A stretch of DNA of 64,000 nucleotides. It comes from Candidatus Bathyarchaeota archaeon (lineage in GTDB: Archaea; Thermoproteota; Bathyarchaeia; Bathyarchaeales; Bathycorpusculaceae). How positions within the stretch are numbered: position 1 is the first letter of the stretch; each line of letters begins with the position of its first letter. The position numbers and the translations under genes were made by a program. The stretch covers positions 96,001 through 160,000 of the forward strand of contig CAVYHV010000006.1 in the NCBI GenBank assembly GCA_963768425.1, written 5' to 3'. Below are positions 1 to 9,509 of the stretch, piece by piece. Under the pieces are notes generated by a model. The model worked only from the letters and a program-made list of their open reading frames with translations, searched no databases and had not been told where the DNA came from.

Positions 1-1
1 C

Positions 2-130
2 ATACTCCATTACCCACAACTACTCGGATTGGCAATGGGCTTGCCTCCTGAAGAATTAGCCTTCAGCGAACTCCGAGTAAACGCATCAAAAATAATAAAG
101 CAAGTAACCGAGGAAGCAAAAAATGAGTAA
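2..130 (+). CDS. hdrB: CoB--CoM heterodisulfide reductase subunit B, C-terminal end (5' partial)
   Basis: Manual translation ILHYPQLLGLAMGLPPEELAF...EEAKNE* matches the HdrB C-terminal motif; stop overlaps the mvhG start. Confidence 0.75.
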   Translation: MLHYPQLLGLAMGLPPEELAFSELRVNASKIIKQVTEEAKNE

Positions 131-1112
131 GAACAAGTTAAAAATAGCCTTCTACTGGGCTGCAAGTTGCGGAGGCTGCGAAATAGCGGTCTTAGACATA
201 AACGAGAAAATCCTTGATGTAGTACAAATCGCCGACGTTGTTTTTTGGCCGGTAGCCTTAGACATCAAGTACAAAGATGTTGAAGCCATGGCTGACAAAT
301 ACATAGACATAACATTCTTCAACGGCTCAATACGCAACTCAGAACAAGAGCACATGGCTAAACTTCTCAGACAAAAATCCAAAACTCTCGTTGCTTTCGG
401 GTCATGCGCCCACCAGGGAAGCGTGCCCGGATTGGCAAACTTGAATGACAAGAAAGAAATTTTCGAGCAAGTTTACGTAAAAGACAAGTCAAACGTGAAC
501 CCGGAACACGCCATGCCCAAAACTCAAACCCAAGTCAAAGAAGGCACTCTTAGAATCCCAGAGTTCTATGACACGGTAAAAACTTTGGCGCAAACAGTCG
601 ACGTTGACTATTACCTGCCTGGTTGTCCACCTCCCGTTAAACTAATCGCGGGTGCGATTGACGCCATAGCAAGCGGCAAGCTCCCTCCAAAGGGTTCCGT
701 TCTTGCCCCGCTTAAAGCAGTATGTGACGAATGCCCAAGAAAACGAGAAAACAAGAAAATCGGTAAACTCTATCGCGTCTACGAGAAAATCCCCGAGCCA
801 GAAAAATGCTTGCTTGAACAAGGCATCATCTGTATGGGACTTGCAACTAGAAGCGGCTGCGGTGCACAATGCTTGAACGTTGATATGCCTTGTACAGGCT
901 GCGGCGGACCAGCTCCAAATGTGCCAGAGCAAGGTGCAGCAATGATTTCTGCTTTAGCTTCTATTCTCGGGTATGACGGTGAACCAGGGAAAACTAAATA
1001 CACCGAAAAAGAGATAGAAGAGTTGTTAAGCCAAGTGAAAGATACCGTTGGCACATTTTACATGTACAGTTTGCCAGCGTCAATCTTGAGAAGAAAGGTG
1101 ATTAAGAAATGA
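123..1112 (+). CDS. mvhG: F420-non-reducing [NiFe] hydrogenase small subunit (group 3c)
   Basis: SCGGC, GSCA, PGCPP, CDEC, CLL..ICMG..TRSGC, PCTGC FeS motifs; lies between hdrB and mvhA. Confidence 0.9.
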   Translation: MSKNKLKIAFYWAASCGGCEIAVLDINEKILDVVQIADVVFWPVALDIKYKDVEAMADKYIDITFFNGSIRNSEQEHMAKLLRQKSKTLVAFGSCAHQGSVPGLANLNDKKEIFEQVYVKDKSNVNPEHAMPKTQTQVKEGTLRIPEFYDTVKTLAQTVDVDYYLPGCPPPVKLIAGAIDAIASGKLPPKGSVLAPLKAVCDECPRKRENKKIGKLYRVYEKIPEPEKCLLEQGIICMGLATRSGCGAQCLNVDMPCTGCGGPAPNVPEQGAAMISALASILGYDGEPGKTKYTEKEIEELLSQVKDTVGTFYMYSLPASILRRKVIKK

Positions 1113-2563
1113 AAGAATTAGTTATAGACCCTATAACACGTCTTGAAGGACATGGAAACGTATCCATATTCCTTAACGACAATGGCGAAGTTGAAAACGC
1201 ATACCTCAAAGTTCCAGAACTGAGAGGTTTTGAGAAATTCTGCATAGGCAGAAAAGCTGAGCTTATGCCGCAGTTAACCACAAGAATTTGCGGTGTTTGT
1301 CCAGTTGCACACCACTTTGCAGCAGTTAAAGCCTTAGATGTCGCATTCCATGTTGAACCAACGTCTGCAGCAAAGAAACTTCGGGAACTGATGTATAGTG
1401 CGTACTACATCTACGACCATACCCTCCACTTCTATTATCTCGGGGGTCCGGACTTTATAGTTGGACCAGATGCACCGCCGGAAAAACGCAACATCCTCGG
1501 CGTCATCGAAAAAGTCGGAATGCCAATCGCGAAGGAAGTCATAAAACACAGAGCCTTTGGTCAAAAAATCACTGAAATCATCGGTGGAAAAGCAACTCAC
1601 CCGGTATGTGGTCTACCAGGCGGAATCAGCAAGCCTCTAAGCGAAGAAAACAGGCAACAAATCGAAACGATGGCAGCTTCCTGCGTTGACTTTGCTCAGT
1701 TTACGCTCAAAATCTTCCATGACATTGTACTTGGGAACACCCAATACGTTGAGTTAATCAAGAGTCAAGCTTACACTATGCCAACCTACTACATGGGCAC
1801 GGTCGATGATAAAAACAAAGTCAACTTTTATGACGGCAAAATCCGCGTTGTCGACCCATCAGGAAAAGAATTCCTTAAATTCGAATCCCAAGACTACCTT
1901 AAACACATCGCCGAACACGTTGAAGAATGGACCTACAGCAAATTTCCATACCTCAAAGCAGTCGGCTGGAAAGGACAAGTTTCAGGAAAAGACAGCGGAG
2001 TCTACCGCGTTGGTCCACTGGGACGATTAAACGCTTCAGACGGCATGGCAACACCACTGGCTCAGGCAGAATACGAAGTAATGTATAAAACACTAGGTGG
2101 CAAACCGGTCCACAGCACCTTAGCTTTCCACTGGGCGCGCTTAATTGAATTGCTCTATGCAACTGAGCGAACAATGGAACTCGTGAAAGACCCCGAAATC
2201 ACCAGCACAAACGTCCGCAACAAACCAGGAGAACCAGGCGAAGGAGTAGGTATAGTGGAGGCAGCAAGAGGCACACTAATCCACCACTACGTCTTAGACA
2301 AAGACGCGCTCGTGAAAGACGTAAACCTCATTGTCGCGACAACCAATAATTACCCAGCGATCTGCATGAGTATACGCGACGCAGCAAAAGGTTTAATCCA
2401 CGAAGGCAAAGTCGACCAAGGCATACTGAACAAGGTTGAAATGGCTTTCAGAGCTTACGACCCATGCTTCGGATGCGCAACACACGCCGCAGTAGGACAA
2501 ATGCCGCTTACCGTAGAACTCTACAACGCCGACAAACAGCTAATTGACTCTGTCAGCCGCTAA
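1109..2563 (+). CDS. mvhA: F420-non-reducing [NiFe] hydrogenase large subunit
   Basis: TRLEGH, L1 RICGVC, L2 DPCFGCATH followed by a cleavable C-terminal extension. Confidence 0.92.
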   Translation: MKELVIDPITRLEGHGNVSIFLNDNGEVENAYLKVPELRGFEKFCIGRKAELMPQLTTRICGVCPVAHHFAAVKALDVAFHVEPTSAAKKLRELMYSAYYIYDHTLHFYYLGGPDFIVGPDAPPEKRNILGVIEKVGMPIAKEVIKHRAFGQKITEIIGGKATHPVCGLPGGISKPLSEENRQQIETMAASCVDFAQFTLKIFHDIVLGNTQYVELIKSQAYTMPTYYMGTVDDKNKVNFYDGKIRVVDPSGKEFLKFESQDYLKHIAEHVEEWTYSKFPYLKAVGWKGQVSGKDSGVYRVGPLGRLNASDGMATPLAQAEYEVMYKTLGGKPVHSTLAFHWARLIELLYATERTMELVKDPEITSTNVRNKPGEPGEGVGIVEAARGTLIHHYVLDKDALVKDVNLIVATTNNYPAICMSIRDAAKGLIHEGKVDQGILNKVEMAFRAYDPCFGCATHAAVGQMPLTVELYNADKQLIDSVSR

Positions 2564-2714
2564 GTTATACCCATTTTCTTAAGGGCAACTTTTTATTTTC
2601 TTTTGCCCAGTTCTTTCCATATTATTCGCTTGCCAGTGAATTCTTCTGATGTCCCGAACATGTTAGGGTAAACGCTTATGTGCATTGTTGGCGCCTACTT
2701 TAACTTGATTCAAA

Positions 2715-3074
2715 ATGCAGCGGCAACCGCCTAACCCAGAACACAAAAGAATGAAGCGTGAAAAGAAAACCATAGGCTACATGGTTGACATTTACTGCAA
2801 GAATCACCATGGAACCCATGGCGTGCTCTGCCCCGAATGCACGCAGTTCAAAGAATATGCTTTTCTGCGGCTTGATAAGTGCCCATTTCAAGACAAAAAA
2901 AGCACGTGCGGCAAATGCCTCATCCACTGCTACCAACCAGATATGAAAGAAAAAGTCAAAACGGTCATGCGTTACTCGGGACCCAGAATGCTCTTGCACC
3001 ACCCAACGCTTGCTCTGCATCATGCGTGGGACAGCCACCGAAAACCGCCCAAATTGGCGAAGAAAGTTAACTGA
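2715..3074 (+). CDS. YgbA-like 'nitrous oxide-stimulated promoter' family Cys-rich protein
   Basis: REKKTI..M..IYC..HH, CPEC, RLDKCPF..K.TC..C.IHCY, VMRYSGPRM family pattern. Confidence 0.8.
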   Translation: MQRQPPNPEHKRMKREKKTIGYMVDIYCKNHHGTHGVLCPECTQFKEYAFLRLDKCPFQDKKSTCGKCLIHCYQPDMKEKVKTVMRYSGPRMLLHHPTLALHHAWDSHRKPPKLAKKVN

Positions 3075-3131
3075 GCGAGCGGCAACGTTTTTCAAGCTTT
3101 ACGTCATTTCTTTTTTTGTGGAGGTGCTTCA

Positions 3132-3617
3132 ATGGCTTGTTTAATTGAAAAGGATCTCAAATCCTGGCTGGTTGATGCACAAAAGGTTGCGGTGGCTGGG
3201 ATCGGCAACCCTATCAGAACGGACGATTACGTCGGGTTAAAAATCGTGGAAAATCTCAAGGGCAAGCTTCCTCCAGCTGTTCTTCTTCTCGAGGCAGAAA
3301 CAGTTCCCGAGAGCTACTTCTCTGATATAGAGGAGTTTCATCCTTCGCATGTGTTACTGATTGATGCTGCCTATTTGGGATGTAAGCCTGGCGAAGCCCG
3401 CCTCGTCGATGCTGAAAAAATCGCAGGTTCCCCCGCAGTCACTACCCATCTGTTGCCTCTGCAAGTTTTTTGCGAGTATGTTAAGCAAGCTACTGGCGCA
3501 AAGATCGCCTTACTCTTGATTGAGCCGAAAAACATGGAGTTCGGTGAAGGTTTAACTGCTCCCGTACAAGCTGCGGCGGAGCGATTGACAAAGTTCCTGC
3601 TCAAGGCGCTTGGTTGA
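3132..3617 (+). CDS. hycI: Hydrogenase maturation endopeptidase (HycI-like)
   Basis: GIGNPIRTDD, ETVPE, LIDAA, TTHLLP motifs; near mvhA. Confidence 0.85.
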   Translation: MACLIEKDLKSWLVDAQKVAVAGIGNPIRTDDYVGLKIVENLKGKLPPAVLLLEAETVPESYFSDIEEFHPSHVLLIDAAYLGCKPGEARLVDAEKIAGSPAVTTHLLPLQVFCEYVKQATGAKIALLLIEPKNMEFGEGLTAPVQAAAERLTKFLLKALG

Positions 3618-4083
3618 TCTCTTTTCTTTTAAAAACGTAGTTGATAGTGAATCTTTCTTGACCCAACGAGTAGCTTATTTCTTTTAGTTCAATCTGATCC
3701 TTTGTGACCCATTTAGCAGTTATGTATTCTTCAATTTCTTGATCTTCAAAAGTACCTCTCCATTTGAGTTCAAGGGTTTTGTCGTCTTTCCAATTGCCCA
3801 CGTGGTCGTGTGCTTCGCCTTCCGATGTGATGCCAAAAAGGTGAACTCTCTGGGTTACTTGGTCAAAACTCCATAAATCATTCTCGTAGTAGTCCTCGTA
3901 GCCTTCTATGTGGGTATCAATTTCGGAGTTTACACCAAAAGGAGAAATTGCCACAGCAGTCATTTCCCCACAGCCACTGGCAACTTTGCCATCAGCTGTC
4001 CGCAGAGCGATCCCTACACTCCATTCTCCGATCAACTGTTTAATTAGCTCTAACTCTTTAGGCGTCTGTACGCTTTCAGTCAT
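3601..4083 (-). CDS. Hypothetical beta-barrel protein (DUF1579-like)
   Basis: ELIKQLIGEW start and beta-strand pattern; start moved to ATG at 4083. Confidence 0.55.
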   Translation of the reverse strand: MTESVQTPKELELIKQLIGEWSVGIALRTADGKVASGCGEMTAVAISPFGVNSEIDTHIEGYEDYYENDLWSFDQVTQRVHLFGITSEGEAHDHVGNWKDDKTLELKWRGTFEDQEIEEYITAKWVTKDQIELKEISYSLGQERFTINYVFKRKEINQAP

Positions 4084-4201
4084 AAAACCAACAAGAAAAA
4101 AACAGTCCGCCACAAGTAATAAAGAGATGTGGTTGCTTCTGTGCAACAACTTCCGCCGAGCTATGTTAATTAGCTAGTTTCCAGTTAATTACAGCAGGTT
4201 T

Positions 4202-4687
4202 ATGGTTATGGCCGGAAAAGCAGTTATTGTCATGGGGTCAGAGCGGGATCTGGATTTTTCCCGTGGAATAGCCAAGTACCTCAAGATGCTGGGCGTCACC
4301 TACGAGTTTCGAGTTGCCTCTGCACACAAAACACCTGAAAAAGTGTTGGAGTTAATCAGGGAATTCGAAGCAGAAAAAGTAGTTTACATTACCGTTGCGG
4401 GTCGCTCCAACGCTCTAAGCGGCTTCATCGACGGCAACTCATCCAAACCAGTCATCGCGTGCCCACCATACTCTGAAACGTTCAGCGGAGCGGACATCTT
4501 TTCCTCGCTCAGGGTTCCAAGCGGTATAGGTTCCGTCGTTACAATTGAAGCGGAAGGTGCAGCCATCGCAGCAGCGAAAATTCTCGCTTTAGAAGACGCT
4601 GCCATAGCTGAAAACGTAAAGACTTACCAAACTTCAAAAAAGAAAGAACTTGAGAAAGCCAACGAATCGGTAAAGAAACTCAAGTAG
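4202..4687 (+). CDS. purE: AIR carboxylase PurE (class II-like signature)
   Basis: MGSERD, SAHKTP, AGRSNAL, PVIACPP motifs. Confidence 0.9.
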   Translation: MVMAGKAVIVMGSERDLDFSRGIAKYLKMLGVTYEFRVASAHKTPEKVLELIREFEAEKVVYITVAGRSNALSGFIDGNSSKPVIACPPYSETFSGADIFSSLRVPSGIGSVVTIEAEGAAIAAAKILALEDAAIAENVKTYQTSKKKELEKANESVKKLK

Positions 4688-4819
4688 TTGTCTTTTCCAT
4701 CATCACTTTGAGCTTGTATCCATTTTCTTGGCATTTCGTTTTGTTGGTTAACGCTAAGGTTAAATGTGTAAGCAATAAACGAATACGTATTAGAATCAAG
4801 ATAACTTGAGGAACAAGGA

Positions 4820-5872
4820 ATGGGAAGCGTAAAGGACCTTGAAGTAATCAAGAAACCAAGCGACGACGCTATGGGCGTTGGCAGATTCCACTTTTCGGAT
4901 CGCTACAGCGTCTTTGACTGGGGAGAAATGCCCGATCATATAGGCGGCAAAGGATCGGCTCTCTGTCTTATGGGAGCTTACTGCTTTGAGCAGTTAGAGC
5001 GTAAAGGTGTGAAATCCCACTACCACGGCTTAATCGGTACAAACGGCAAACCCGTCAAATTAAAAGAAGTAAAACAACCCTCAAACATCATGGAAGTTAG
5101 CTTAGTCAACGTGTACGAGCCCAAAACCAGTGTCGTCAACGGAAAACTCCTCCACGACTACAGCATGTACACTTCTAATCTGAAAAACTGCCTGATCCCG
5201 CTGGAAATCATTTACCGAAACGGCCTACCTGAAGGCTCTTCAGTTTTCAAGAGGCTTGAACAGGGAAAAATTAAACCCGCAGATCTTGGATTAAACCATT
5301 ACCCCCAACCAGGCGAGCAATTTTCGAAACCCATCTTTGATGTTAGCACGAAACTGGAGGAAACAGATCGTTACTTAACTTGGCAGGAAGCCCAAAAAAT
5401 GGCTGGGTTAACCGAACAGGAACTTGAGAAGATTAAGGCGGTTCTTCTTGATGTGGATGAATCGATAAATGAACTGGCTTCGAAAGCCGGGCTACGAAAT
5501 GAAGATGGAAAAATCGAGTTAGCTTTCAACGACAACCGTGAGCTCATGATTGTAGACGTTGTAGGAACACTTGACGAGTGCCGTTTCACTTACGAGGGCG
5601 TTCATGTAAGCAAAGAGATTGCAAGACAATTCTACAAGAAGACAAGTTGGTATGCGGATTTGGAGCAAGCTAAGAAGGAGGCAGAAGCCAAAGGAATACC
5701 TGATTGGCAATCTCTGTGCAAGTCGCAACCGCCGAAGTTGCCGCCTAAACTTAAGACGATTATCAGTGAAATGTACATGGCAGCGGCAAACGAAATGACA
5801 GGACAAAAACTCTTTAACGCGCCTTTGCTTGCCCAGGTAATAGCCGAATACAGAGATTACACGAAGGAGTAA
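4820..5872 (+). CDS. purC: SAICAR synthetase
   Basis: MGSVKD, FSDRYSVFD, STKLE, DGKIE, DVVGTLDECR motifs. Confidence 0.92.
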   Translation: MGSVKDLEVIKKPSDDAMGVGRFHFSDRYSVFDWGEMPDHIGGKGSALCLMGAYCFEQLERKGVKSHYHGLIGTNGKPVKLKEVKQPSNIMEVSLVNVYEPKTSVVNGKLLHDYSMYTSNLKNCLIPLEIIYRNGLPEGSSVFKRLEQGKIKPADLGLNHYPQPGEQFSKPIFDVSTKLEETDRYLTWQEAQKMAGLTEQELEKIKAVLLDVDESINELASKAGLRNEDGKIELAFNDNRELMIVDVVGTLDECRFTYEGVHVSKEIARQFYKKTSWYADLEQAKKEAEAKGIPDWQSLCKSQPPKLPPKLKTIISEMYMAAANEMTGQKLFNAPLLAQVIAEYRDYTKE

Positions 5873-5875
5873 AAA

Positions 5876-6973
5876 ATGCTAAGCGAAAACATTGACAAAG
5901 TAACAAAAAAATATGACTCCAAAAACATTCGTATAGGCGTTTTAGGTTCACATTCTGCGCTTGAAATTGCTTCAGGCGCAAAACAGGAAGGTTACGAAAC
6001 CGTTGTCGTCTGCCAGAAAGGCAGGGACAAAACCTACTCGAAGTATTACCGAAACATCTTCGACCACGTCATCACGCTTGACAAGTTCTCAGAAATAACA
6101 AATACTGCAACCGTGAAAGCGCTCACAGAGTTGAACACTGTTTTTGTTCCCAACCGCTCTTTCTCAGTCTATGCCGGTTACGAAGCCATTGAGAACCAGT
6201 TTGCCGTTCCCCTAATGGGTAACCGCTCGATGCTTCGAACTGAAGAACGCAACACCCCGCGAAACCAGCTTTACCTGCTGCAGAAAGCAGGAATAGCGAC
6301 ACCTAAAACCTTCAATTCACCAGAAGAAATCGACCGCTTAGTAATCGTAAAAGTTCCCGAAAAAGAACGCGCCATTGAAAGAGCCTTTTTCTTCGCTTCA
6401 TCCCGTGAGGAATACGTGAAAACATCGCAAAAACGCATAATGCAGGGAATAATAACATGTGAAGCGCTGGAACACGCAGTAATAGAAGAATACGTTATAG
6501 GGGCAAAGTTTAACGCTAACTTGTTTTGGTCACCATTAACCGATGAGATCGACCTTTTAGGCTTTGACAGACGCATTCAAACCGACCTTGACGGTGTCCT
6601 TGACTTGCCAGCGTTAGAACAGCTAGAGTTAAACATTCCAACTCAGAACATCGAAATTGGGCATATGGGCGCAACCATGCGGGAAAGCCAAATTGAGAAA
6701 GTTTTTGAAGCCGCAGAAAAATTCGTGGAAACCTGCAAGAAAGAATATCCACCTGGCATGGTTGGGTTATTTGCTTTGCAGGGCGCCGTGACAAAGGATT
6801 TGGAGTTCTACGTATTCGATGTCAGCCCGCGCGTTCCAGGTTGTCCATGCGTCGAACCAACTTCGCCATACATGAAGTACAAGTACGGCATGGAAGTGGG
6901 ACCCGGCAGACGGGTAGCAATGGAAATTAAGCGGGCGGTTAAGGAAGGCAGGCTTGAGGAAGTGGTCACGTGA
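5876..6973 (+). CDS. purP: PurP-family ATP-grasp formate ligase, paralog 1
   Basis: LGSHSAL, PNRSF, DRRIQ, GLFALQ, DVSPRVPG motifs. Confidence 0.82.
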   Translation: MLSENIDKVTKKYDSKNIRIGVLGSHSALEIASGAKQEGYETVVVCQKGRDKTYSKYYRNIFDHVITLDKFSEITNTATVKALTELNTVFVPNRSFSVYAGYEAIENQFAVPLMGNRSMLRTEERNTPRNQLYLLQKAGIATPKTFNSPEEIDRLVIVKVPEKERAIERAFFFASSREEYVKTSQKRIMQGIITCEALEHAVIEEYVIGAKFNANLFWSPLTDEIDLLGFDRRIQTDLDGVLDLPALEQLELNIPTQNIEIGHMGATMRESQIEKVFEAAEKFVETCKKEYPPGMVGLFALQGAVTKDLEFYVFDVSPRVPGCPCVEPTSPYMKYKYGMEVGPGRRVAMEIKRAVKEGRLEEVVT

Positions 6974-8055
6974 TAACCTGCGCTGATATAGGCAAAATCC
7001 TGCAGAAATACGACCCGAAAAAACTCGCCATCGGGACATTGGGCTCGCATAGTTCGCTTAACATTTTCAAAGGCGCCAAAGAAGAAGGCTTCCGCACAGT
7101 TTGTATATGCAAAGAAAAAGACGCAATAATGTACAGAAAATACCCGCTTGCCGACGAAATAATCATTGTCAAAGACTTCACCGAGCTCCTAAATGAACAA
7201 CTGCAAGAGAAACTCCGCAGCCTAAACGTCATCCTAATTCCACATGGTTCATTCACTGCTTATCTTAGCACCGAAGAATTAACAAACAGCCTAAACGTGC
7301 CCATGTTTGGAAACCGACAGCTGCTCCATTGGGAAGCCAACCGCAAATCCCAAGAAGAATGGCTGCGCCAGGCGGGGCTGCTTTTGCCTGCTACATTCAA
7401 AACGCCCGAGGACATCGACCGATTAGTCATCGTCAAGCTGCCAGGCGCCAAAGGCGGAAGAGGATACTTTTTGGCGAATTCACCTAAAGCGTTCCACAAA
7501 AAATTCACCGAACTCATTAAACGCGGCTTACTCAAAGAAGAAGACTTGGCCGCAATTCACCTGCAAGAGTACGCGCTCGGCGTTAACGTTTACCCAAGCT
7601 ACTTCAGCTCCATCATAAACGACGAAGTTGAACTGCTTGCGATGGATAGACGCTACGAGTCGGCTGTGGACTCTATCGGCAAAATTCCCGCCAGTGAACA
7701 ACTCGAAATAGACGTGAACCCAACATACACTATTGTCGGAAACTTCCCCATAGTGCTCCGCGAATCTCTGCTGCCTGAAATCATGCGAATGGGCGACAAC
7801 GTCCACAAAAAAGCCAAAGAACTTGCTCCGCCGGGAATCATAGGCCCATTCTGCTTGGAATGCGTGGTGACTGATGACTTGCGAATTTTCACTTTCGAAA
7901 TCTCGGCTCGCATAGTTGCCGGAACAAACGTCGGCATAGGCACCTCACCATACGCTTACCTCAAGTATGGAGAAAACATGTACATGGGCCGACGCATAGC
8001 AGTAGAAATCAAAGAAGCAAAGGCGCAGAACAGGCTGCCCGACATTTTAGGTTAG
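6970..8055 (+). CDS. purP: Formate--AICAR ligase PurP, paralog 2 (canonical-type motifs)
   Basis: LGSHSSL, PHGSF, GAKGGRGYF, DRRYES, GPFCLE, FEISARIVAGTN. Confidence 0.88.
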   Translation: MITCADIGKILQKYDPKKLAIGTLGSHSSLNIFKGAKEEGFRTVCICKEKDAIMYRKYPLADEIIIVKDFTELLNEQLQEKLRSLNVILIPHGSFTAYLSTEELTNSLNVPMFGNRQLLHWEANRKSQEEWLRQAGLLLPATFKTPEDIDRLVIVKLPGAKGGRGYFLANSPKAFHKKFTELIKRGLLKEEDLAAIHLQEYALGVNVYPSYFSSIINDEVELLAMDRRYESAVDSIGKIPASEQLEIDVNPTYTIVGNFPIVLRESLLPEIMRMGDNVHKKAKELAPPGIIGPFCLECVVTDDLRIFTFEISARIVAGTNVGIGTSPYAYLKYGENMYMGRRIAVEIKEAKAQNRLPDILG

Positions 8056-8181
8056 CTGTACGCCCAGAAAACTGTTATTCCTACGTCTTTAAAATTTGGA
8101 AAAAGAAGAAAAATACTCCTCAAACAACAACCCAACGTTAAGAGCCCCTTAGACCTTCAGACCCGAGTTAAAACAATTGTT

Positions 8182-8205
8182 CAACAACAACATCAACAAC
8201 AACAT
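8182..8205. repeat. Tandem 12-bp duplication (CAACAACAACAT)x2 in a CAA-rich intergenic spacer
   Basis: Directly visible; lies between convergent purP and kinase genes. Confidence 0.7.
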
Positions 8206-8283
8206 TAACCGAGTTTTGAGAAACCGCTCTCTACCTTGATTAAAGAACGCTGCAACAACTGGCAAGGAAAAACTAAGAATGGT

Positions 8284-9054
8284 TTACTTAGAAAGGCAAA
8301 CTTCAAGCAAACCTTCAAAGTTCTCTCGGGTTCTGTTGTTCTTGTAAGTCTTCAACACGTCTATCAAATTCAATCTTTCCTTTTCCCCAAAAATTTTAGC
8401 CAAAATCTTTGAGGCGGAACTATTACCCGCAAAAAGGTACTGGCACACTGCAGTGACGTTTGCAACTCTTCGTTCGACGCTGGCGGTTTCAAAATCAACG
8501 ATAAACGGTTTCTGAGCTTTGTCGACGAGCAAATGCTTCGGTGCCTTGCTAAGTTCACCGTGGTCCAACCCCGCTTGATCCAGTCTGAAGCACTGTTCCA
8601 AAACTTCCCCCAAAACCTGCTTCACCGTTGCCGCATGCTTGTTCGTCTCTAACCAATCAGTAATCAACCCGCCGTCAATGAGCTGCATAAGAAGAAAGTT
8701 TTTGCTTGCTGCTACCAATTTAGGACCCACGCCAGCAGAGTTCGCTACTGACAGCATTCGCGCTTCATGAAGCAGGTCCCCTCGGTCGGCGTCTGTCCTT
8801 CGGATCTTAAGGGCAACTCTCACCCCGTTCAGGGGCGCGACCACCACGACACCGACAAAACCCTTACCCAACACTGGAACCCTAACCCCGAAGAGGCTTG
8901 CTGAACCCGAAAACTCAAGAGCCGACACGCCAAGTCTGCCCAATTCTGCTAGGCGACTTTGCAGTTCTGGTTCACTGGGATTTGGGAAGCACAGGACCGA
9001 AGCGTAGGGCTCTTGGATCAGCTGGTCCAAGGGGACTATCGTTGAGCTTTTCAA
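8284..9054 (-). CDS. RIO/Bud32-like atypical Ser/Thr protein kinase
   Basis: LGKGFVGVV P-loop, VALK, HGEL, IVDFE motifs. Confidence 0.8.
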   Translation of the reverse strand: MKSSTIVPLDQLIQEPYASVLCFPNPSEPELQSRLAELGRLGVSALEFSGSASLFGVRVPVLGKGFVGVVVVAPLNGVRVALKIRRTDADRGDLLHEARMLSVANSAGVGPKLVAASKNFLLMQLIDGGLITDWLETNKHAATVKQVLGEVLEQCFRLDQAGLDHGELSKAPKHLLVDKAQKPFIVDFETASVERRVANVTAVCQYLFAGNSSASKILAKIFGEKERLNLIDVLKTYKNNRTRENFEGLLEVCLSK

Positions 9055-9204
9055 TATCGTCTTTCCTTCTAGGATGAGAATATCAGCGTCGGCAAGATTA
9101 TAAATTTAGTATTATGCATTGGGAACAATCCTCGATTCTAAACCTTGGTATTTCCACACTTTCTGAAGATATTGTGCGAATGCACTATAAGCCACGAAGC
9201 ATGT

Positions 9205-9411
9205 ATGGCTGGAATGGAGCCTAATACCCAGAGAAGCCAAGTCAAACCGGGCATCCGCGTAAAAATCGTTTTGAAGCAAGACCAGCGAAGCGGCAAATTA
9301 ACCGAAGGAATCGTCAAAAACATCCTTACCAACAGCTCAACCCATCCCCACGGAATCAAAGTGCGGCTAACCGACGGCAAAGTCGGCAGAGTACAAACAA
9401 TCATGAAATAA
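9205..9411 (+). CDS. YwbE family protein
   Basis: IVLKQDQRSGKLTEG.V..ILT.S..HPHGIKVRL.DG.VGRV signature; start moved to ATG 9205. Confidence 0.85.
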   Translation: MAGMEPNTQRSQVKPGIRVKIVLKQDQRSGKLTEGIVKNILTNSSTHPHGIKVRLTDGKVGRVQTIMK

Positions 9412-9509
9412 GCCTAATTCTCATTTACAGAATACCGCTGTTATGGAAAAGAGGGAAATTATAAATTTAATAGGGCGACAACAATATTGGGATTCTGTTT
9501 GGTTTAGCT

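Noticed and set aside
1109-2563. Selenocysteine [NiFeSe] hydrogenase
   Set aside because: The L2 motif is DPCFGC encoded by Cys codons, with no in-frame TGA.
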